In this document: piece by piece, positions 58,365 to 64,000 of the stretch
Position numbering within the stretch: position 1 is the first letter of the stretch
Layout of the letters: each line of letters starts with the position of its first letter
Assembly: GCA_050013255.1 (NCBI GenBank)
Contig: JBEKFP010000002.1
Location: 448,001-512,000 of the forward strand
DNA from: Candidatus Bathyarchaeia archaeon
GTDB taxonomy: Archaea; Thermoproteota; Bathyarchaeia; 40CM-2-53-6
Length of the DNA: 64,000 bases
Direction: 5' to 3'
The notes under the pieces: model-generated
The model's input: the letters and a program-made list of their open reading frames with translations, nothing else
What the model was told of the DNA's origin: nothing
The model's database searches: none
Translations under genes and position numbers: made by a program

Positions 58365-60143
58365 CTATGTTTCCGCTTCAATCTTCTTGAGTTGTTTCTG
58401 GTACATTTCGAGCGTTTCTTGCGAAGTAGTCGCGTCCTCCGCAGACTTGTCTTTCCGCCAATTACCAGTGAATCTGGGGAATCTAAGCGCCAGTCCGCTA
58501 CCGGGCCTTATCGCGTCCCAGCCGCACGTGTGGAGCGGGGATAATGTGATTTCGTCCGCAGCTACTTCCAAAACCGCAGAGGGCGCAAACCACACGTCAG
58601 GCTCCATCAACGAGTTGACCCGTGGATGCCTGTGCTTGACCACGCTCTTCTCCAACATCTTTGGGAGGTCGGCCAAGTCCTGGTCGGTGAAGCCTGACCC
58701 TAGCTTACATAGTGTCTCGAAAACGTCCTCCTTCTGATTATAGGCGGCCATGAGGAGCGCACCGTAACTACCTGCCCGTCTTCCCCGCCCCGCGAACGCC
58801 CCTACGGGAACCAAGTCAAAGGTGTCCTGAACTTCCGCCTTGTACGACCGCTTGTATTTTATCCAAAGCCAACCACGGGCCCCAGCCTGGTAGGTAGATT
58901 GCCCCGAGATGCTCTTGACAACTAAACCCTCACAACCTGAAGCAACGGCTTCGTCCATCAATTGCTCCAGTTTCTTTGGATCCTTCGTCAAATGTTGGTG
59001 AGCTATCGCCACGTGTTCAGAAGGTTCGATAATTTTCACTAGCTCCTTTCTTCTTTCGAGGTAGGGGGTAAGTGTCATGTCACGTCCATTCAGGAAGAGG
59101 ACGTCGAACAGGAATACCGTCACAGGTATCTCTTCGGACATTCTCTGAATTTCGTACTTTCTTCCCCGCCTTTGGGAGATGACTTGGAAGGGGAGCATAT
59201 CACCGGTGTTAGCATCCACTGCTACACATTCGCCTTCCACGATCGCCTCTTTCGCCTTGACGCATGTTTGTAACAGTTTGGCGACATCAGGGAATTGGTC
59301 GGTAATGTTCTCAAGCCGCCGCGAGAAAAGTTGCACCCCTTTAGGGTTCAAGTGCGCTTGGATTCTGAGGCCATCGTACTTGTATTCCGCAGCTCCCTCA
59401 CCCCCAAGCTTCTCCAGAATATCTTGGGCAGCGGGCAAACGCTCGCAGAGCATCGGCCTGATCGGACGCCCGACTGTAATCTTGAACTTCTCAATCCCTT
59501 CGAGGCCATCGTGCGTGACCACATCAGCAACGTACCCTAGGTCCGACGAGAGATTGTACGCCCTTTCGATGGGTTCCCTTGCAACCTTGTTGCCTCCGTA
59601 TGCAACCGCAAGCCCATCCAGCACAGTCATATCAGCGACGCCCAACCTCAGCTTACCAACAGCCATCCTCGCGATGAACTTCCCTTCAAGCGGCGTCGCA
59701 TCATTCAGGAGGCTTATGAGTAAACGAGTTTTCGTCTCAACAGAACCGGAACCTGTTGCCTTCGCGATCTTATCGAAGGTCTCGTATACCGTCTTGACAG
59801 TTAGAGACCGTTTCACAAGGGAGGCTTGCGATTTCTTTCGCAGTAATTTCTCAACGCTTAGCCCTACGTCCCCGGTCTTCTTGTAGTCCTCCTCAACCGC
59901 CCGCTCTGTTTTCCCAGAAACTTCTGCAGCCGCCTTTATCAGCAGCTTTTCGGCGAGGCCAAGTTCGACGCCAACATAGTCAGGGTAAAGCTTTCCTTGA
60001 AGCAGGTAGACAACTTTGCTAATTTCATCCTTCGGGGTCTCCTTAATCAGGTCCACAAGGAAGCTGGTCATTTCCAAGCGTTTCTTGGTAGCCTCTATTT
60101 TTTCGAAGAGATCAGCTACCTGACTGAACTTCAAAGGCGTCAC
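58365..60143 (-). CDS. lig: ATP-dependent DNA ligase
   Basis: EYKYDG, EGLVVK, WIKYK, LRFPRF. Confidence 0.97.
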   Translation of the reverse strand: MTPLKFSQVADLFEKIEATKKRLEMTSFLVDLIKETPKDEISKVVYLLQGKLYPDYVGVELGLAEKLLIKAAAEVSGKTERAVEEDYKKTGDVGLSVEKLLRKKSQASLVKRSLTVKTVYETFDKIAKATGSGSVETKTRLLISLLNDATPLEGKFIARMAVGKLRLGVADMTVLDGLAVAYGGNKVAREPIERAYNLSSDLGYVADVVTHDGLEGIEKFKITVGRPIRPMLCERLPAAQDILEKLGGEGAAEYKYDGLRIQAHLNPKGVQLFSRRLENITDQFPDVAKLLQTCVKAKEAIVEGECVAVDANTGDMLPFQVISQRRGRKYEIQRMSEEIPVTVFLFDVLFLNGRDMTLTPYLERRKELVKIIEPSEHVAIAHQHLTKDPKKLEQLMDEAVASGCEGLVVKSISGQSTYQAGARGWLWIKYKRSYKAEVQDTFDLVPVGAFAGRGRRAGSYGALLMAAYNQKEDVFETLCKLGSGFTDQDLADLPKMLEKSVVKHRHPRVNSLMEPDVWFAPSAVLEVAADEITLSPLHTCGWDAIRPGSGLALRFPRFTGNWRKDKSAEDATTSQETLEMYQKQLKKIEAET

Positions 60144-60368
60144 ATCTAGAGGGGGTTACATGGTCTACAATGCTTCAGATGAAGCTGAAAGTGATGGACG
60201 AATTATTAGCGGTTGCCGTTCACATGGTTGTTCCAGGGCCCCGCATTATTACTACGAGTGATGGAGGCTCGCTTGCCCCGCAATGGAGAAATAAACCGGC
60301 ACATTGTACTTGGCCTCGAGCTGAATCTCAGAGGGACACTTTGGAGGCCTAATACAGCGACAGCAACA

Positions 60369-61214
60369 CTGGGTCGATTCTATTTCGGCTGTGCAGGTTG
60401 GTCATACAAGGAATGGAATGGGCCACTCTACGACCCCGGCAAGAGCATGCTTCAACAATATGCCTCAGTATTTGACACCGTGGAACTCAATTCATCCTTC
60501 TACAGGCAACCTGACGAAGGAACAATCCTAGGCCTAACTCGAAACACCAAGAGGGGGTTCATGTTCAGCGCGAAGATTAACCAGAAGTTCACGCACGAAC
60601 TACGGCTGAAGTTAGACGATGATTCTCAGGAGGAGTTGGAGAGTTTCGTGCAACTCTTCGACCCTTTGCTCACTCAAGACAGGTTGGGATGTTTCCTTGT
60701 CCAGCTTCCACCTTCTCTCAAAAGGAACAATAAACTCCTTGAAGATTTCTTAGCTGCTCTTCCACATCGCTATGATTACGTGGTTGAGTTTCGGCACAAG
60801 TCGTGGATGAACGATTCGACGTGGCGCATTCTTTCGAAATATCAGGCGGCTTATTGTATCGTCGATGAACCTCTTTTGCCGCCAGAGGTACATGTTACAT
60901 CATCGATCGGGTACATCAGGTGGCACGGCCACGGGGAACGGCCGTGGTATGATTACCGTTACACGCAGCAGCAGCTCCAGGATTGGGTTCCTAAGATCAG
61001 AGAGGTTCAGGCAAATACGAAGAAGACTTTCGGAATATTCAACAACCACTTTCATGGGTACGCTCCGGAAAATTGCATTCAGACTATGCAAATGCTAGGC
61101 ATAGCGACTCCGACTCATCTGAAAACCATTAAACGCCTGCAGCGTTACATCGACAGGGAATTGGCTGGGTTACCACCCGCCGGAACTCTCGACCAATACG
61201 CTTCATCCACATAA
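60369..61214 (+). CDS. DUF72-family protein
   Basis: GCAGWSY, VELNSSFY, QLPPS, EFRH.SW, YIRWHG, FNNH; probable CTG start. Confidence 0.9.
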   Translation: MGRFYFGCAGWSYKEWNGPLYDPGKSMLQQYASVFDTVELNSSFYRQPDEGTILGLTRNTKRGFMFSAKINQKFTHELRLKLDDDSQEELESFVQLFDPLLTQDRLGCFLVQLPPSLKRNNKLLEDFLAALPHRYDYVVEFRHKSWMNDSTWRILSKYQAAYCIVDEPLLPPEVHVTSSIGYIRWHGHGERPWYDYRYTQQQLQDWVPKIREVQANTKKTFGIFNNHFHGYAPENCIQTMQMLGIATPTHLKTIKRLQRYIDRELAGLPPAGTLDQYASST

Positions 61215-61234
61215 CTGGAGTATGGCGAATCTGA

Positions 61235-61924
61235 ATGAAAGGGATGTTCGGCCGGTTTCATTTAGTAAGAAGAAAAGAGAGGCGTGTCCTAGAACTAATT
61301 TCGGACCATTTTGACCTTGTAGCTAAGGCGGTCCAAGAATTGGAGCCACTCCTCGAAGCCGCGAAGGGTGGTGACTCGAAAAAGGTTGAAGAAATGAGCG
61401 CTAGGGTCGCCGAGTTCGAGACACTCGCCGATGGGTTGCACAGGGACGCAGTATTGGCAATCTCTCAGGGCGCATTCTTTTCGGGGACACGAGACGACTT
61501 CCTCGAGCTCATGGAGGAGAATGACGAGGTCGCGGACGCAGCGCAGAACGCTGCGAGAATACTTGCTGATTCGTCAATCGATTCCTCATCCTTCCTCATT
61601 CTGTATGAGGAACAAAAAGCGACCTTGAGCGACCTTTTCAACTTGCTTCAAACAACGGTTAGACTTTTGCGTGAGTCGATAGCAGCGCTCGCAAGTGATG
61701 CCGAGCTTGCCGTTAGCAAGTCTCTCCTCGTCGAGCGAGCCGAGGAAGAAGCAGACGAGGTGAAGAATCTGCTGATAAAACACATTTTCGCGCACAAATC
61801 TGAGCTGGATGTGCTGACGCTGCTTCAGCTCCGCGACTTTGTACTAAAGCTTGATGAGATTGGAGATGCAGCTGAAGATTCTTCCGACTTAGTGATATCA
61901 TTGGTAGCTAAAGCGGAAGCTTAG
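61235..61924 (+). CDS. DUF47 PhoU-like phosphate transport regulator
   Basis: E..AD, GAF..R.D, EEEADE, IGDAAED. Confidence 0.9.
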   Translation: MKGMFGRFHLVRRKERRVLELISDHFDLVAKAVQELEPLLEAAKGGDSKKVEEMSARVAEFETLADGLHRDAVLAISQGAFFSGTRDDFLELMEENDEVADAAQNAARILADSSIDSSSFLILYEEQKATLSDLFNLLQTTVRLLRESIAALASDAELAVSKSLLVERAEEEADEVKNLLIKHIFAHKSELDVLTLLQLRDFVLKLDEIGDAAEDSSDLVISLVAKAEA

Positions 61925-62025
61925 GCCCAGTTCTTCGAGTTGAAGAGTTTTAATAAAAGGGTTCTAGCTATCGATAGTCTGTCAGATACGATTTCAATGA
62001 GGTTCAGGGAAGGTCTGGTCTAGTC

Positions 62026-62214
62026 TTGAAATGCCCTCTTTGCGGAAAGGAGATGACACCGATGAGCGAGCGCCCGGCCGTGGATTCCCCGACGTTGCCA
62101 AGACCAAGACAGGAATCTCTCTATTTCTGCGGACAACACGGAGTGATGAATAGGTCCACTGACTTGAAGGAAAAAGTCGACCAGGTAACCAAGAAGGCAA
62201 GAACCACTCCGTGA
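62026..62214 (+). CDS. Small Zn-finger protein
   Basis: MKCPLCGKEM..FCGQHG. Confidence 0.7.
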   Translation: MKCPLCGKEMTPMSERPAVDSPTLPRPRQESLYFCGQHGVMNRSTDLKEKVDQVTKKARTTP

Positions 62215-62249
62215 GGTTGTTTCTTGGCGTGTTGCCGCCGGAATACTAA

Positions 62250-63188
62250 TTGACTGCCATGCCATCTTATCTTGAGTTGCTTCCGGGGTTGGCGTTATGC
62301 GTTATCCTCGGCGCCAACAACCTCTCTACCTGCCTCGGAACATCTGTCGGTACTGGTGCTCTGCGATACCCACAAGCACTCATCCTGGCCTCGATCGGAC
62401 TTCTCGCCGGAATTCTTCTCGAAGGACACAAACTATCCCACGCAATAACTGCGGGGATCGTGCCCTCAACCGACCCGGCATTCATACTCGCAGTGTCACT
62501 TTCCAGCATCGGCATAATGGCGTTCCTGACGTTCCGCAAGCTTCCCATTAGCCTATCGCAAGTTGCTATCGGGGCTGCATTAGGCGCCGCGCTCGCTTTA
62601 GGGACACCCATCAACTGGCAGTTCACATTGCTAGTAGCATCATCCTGGCTACTGACACCATTGGCAGGGTTGGCGTTAGCGATCGCTCTTACCTTCACCA
62701 CCAGAACGCTCACAAAACGAGTTAGAAGAATTCTCACCCTAAACGCGCTCTACTCCTACCTGACGATTCTCAGCGGAACCTACGCCGCCTATGTACTCGG
62801 GGCGAACACTGTGGGGCTCATCATTGGCATGGTGGAAATATCAGGCTTCGAGCTCGTAACCTCCATCGCCTTTGGAGTTGCAACGATTCTTGGAATGATT
62901 GCACTCAGCAGGGGTACAACAAGGAGTGTTTCAGAAAACCTCGTAGGTTTGAACCCTTCCGCGTCCTTCGCAGCGCAGATGGGAGGAGCCTTGACAGTTC
63001 ACGGATTCACGGAGGCCGGAATCCCCGTCTCCGTGTCCCAAGCGGTAGTTGGAGGCATATTTGGCGCCTCCATTCCTCGAAACATAGTAGTTCGCAACAA
63101 CCGCCTAGTCAGGGAAATAATCGTCGGGTGGACTGCGGCCCCTTTTCTGGGTGCAGTTCTGGCGTTCTTGCTGGCTAGCGTCTTGTGA
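62250..63188 (+). CDS. PiT-family inorganic phosphate transporter
   Basis: Two GAN motifs, PISLSQ and PVSVSQ, W..TP. Confidence 0.9.
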   Translation: MTAMPSYLELLPGLALCVILGANNLSTCLGTSVGTGALRYPQALILASIGLLAGILLEGHKLSHAITAGIVPSTDPAFILAVSLSSIGIMAFLTFRKLPISLSQVAIGAALGAALALGTPINWQFTLLVASSWLLTPLAGLALAIALTFTTRTLTKRVRRILTLNALYSYLTILSGTYAAYVLGANTVGLIIGMVEISGFELVTSIAFGVATILGMIALSRGTTRSVSENLVGLNPSASFAAQMGGALTVHGFTEAGIPVSVSQAVVGGIFGASIPRNIVVRNNRLVREIIVGWTAAPFLGAVLAFLLASVL

Positions 63189-63299
63189 GCGTGCAAAAAC
63201 TAGGCCATGAGAAGCGGCTGATTCAAAGCAAAGGAAGATTAACCTCAGCGTTTGTTCTGTGAGTTCCTTCACAGTTCACAATTACTCGAGTGTAAGCAT

Positions 63300-63752
63300 A
63301 TGCCTTCGGAGAAGTCATGCGGAGCTGTGATCTTCAAAGCCAACGGGAAACGCAAGTATCTACTACTTCACTACGAGGGCGGCCACTGGGATTTCGTAAA
63401 GGGGCATGTGGAAAGGAATGAAACCGAAATGGAAACCGTTCTCCGAGAAACCAATGAAGAGACCGGCCTGACCGACCTTAGATTCTTTGAGGGTTACCGT
63501 GAACCAATAAGCTACTACTACAGGAGAGCGGGAAGGATCGTTCAGAAGGAAGTCGTCTTCTACCTTCTTGAGGCTAAGACGGACTCGGTTCGGCTCTCTA
63601 GGGAGCATGTCGGTTTTGACTGGATGTCTTATGAGCCAGCCTACCAGCGGTTAACGTACAAGAACGCGAAGGATACGCTGCGCAAGGCCCACGAGTATAT
63701 GGAGAAGTTGCAAGCACAGACTCTAGTCGGGGACGCCGAGAAAGGCAGCTAA
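63300..63752 (+). CDS. Nudix Ap4A hydrolase-like
   Basis: SCGAV, GHWDFVKGHVE..E....RETNEETGL, LSREH. Confidence 0.9.
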   Translation: MPSEKSCGAVIFKANGKRKYLLLHYEGGHWDFVKGHVERNETEMETVLRETNEETGLTDLRFFEGYREPISYYYRRAGRIVQKEVVFYLLEAKTDSVRLSREHVGFDWMSYEPAYQRLTYKNAKDTLRKAHEYMEKLQAQTLVGDAEKGS

Positions 63753-64000
63753 AACGGCCCTTGCCCCGTGCAGCTTGTTCTCAGCCTGCTGCCACACGAT
63801 ACTTTTCGGTCCCTCCAAGACTCCATCAGTGATTTCCAGTCCCCTGTGTGCTGGAAGGCAGTGCATTACCGCAACATCGGGTTTTGCTTTTTGAACAAGT
63901 TTCTCGTTGATCTGGTACGGTTTAAACTTCAGTTCCTTCTTTTTGGCTCCTTTCTCTTGGCCCATGCTCACCCAGACATCAGTGTAGAGAACGTCCGCAT
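63723..64000 (-). CDS. argF: Ornithine carbamoyltransferase, C-terminal part
   Basis: DVLYTDVWVSMGQE, MHCLPAHRG.E, QAENKLH. Confidence 0.95.
   Translation of the reverse strand, partial: ADVLYTDVWVSMGQEKGAKKKELKFKPYQINEKLVQKAKPDVAVMHCLPAHRGLEITDGVLEGPKSIVWQQAENKLHGARAVLAAFLGVPD

Overview
Archaeal chromosomal DNA, most consistent with Bathyarchaeia or another TACK lineage. The evidence is Nop5/fibrillarin, a TFE-beta homologue, archaeal-type ThrRS, an ATP-dependent ligase, several KaiC/RAD55-like ATPases and frequent TTG starts; the taxonomy is inferred, not searched. About 1-28 kb is a surface-glycosylation/envelope locus: GT4 and GT2 glycosyltransferases, nucleotide-sugar enzymes, three polytopic GT-C-like proteins, DUF1616 proteins, secreted proteins and decayed genes. 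About 29.1-33.6 kb is a compact accessory island and the most unusual part of the window. It holds toxin-antitoxin modules punctuated by repeated 11-6-11 dif-like sites (two 32-bp copies with one mismatch plus a degenerate third), and every toxin is broken or missing while the antitoxins are intact. It also holds an IS6-type MITE with a perfect 8-bp target duplication and three 250-480 nt highly structured non-coding elements that all fold on the + strand. About 33.6-64 kb is mostly housekeeping: thrS, an RNA-modification cluster, lig, phosphate transport and partial argF. Several genes appear to lack ATG/GTG/TTG starts. No rRNA, tRNA or CRISPR array was seen. All calls are by eye and from motif recognition; no database search or folding program was run.
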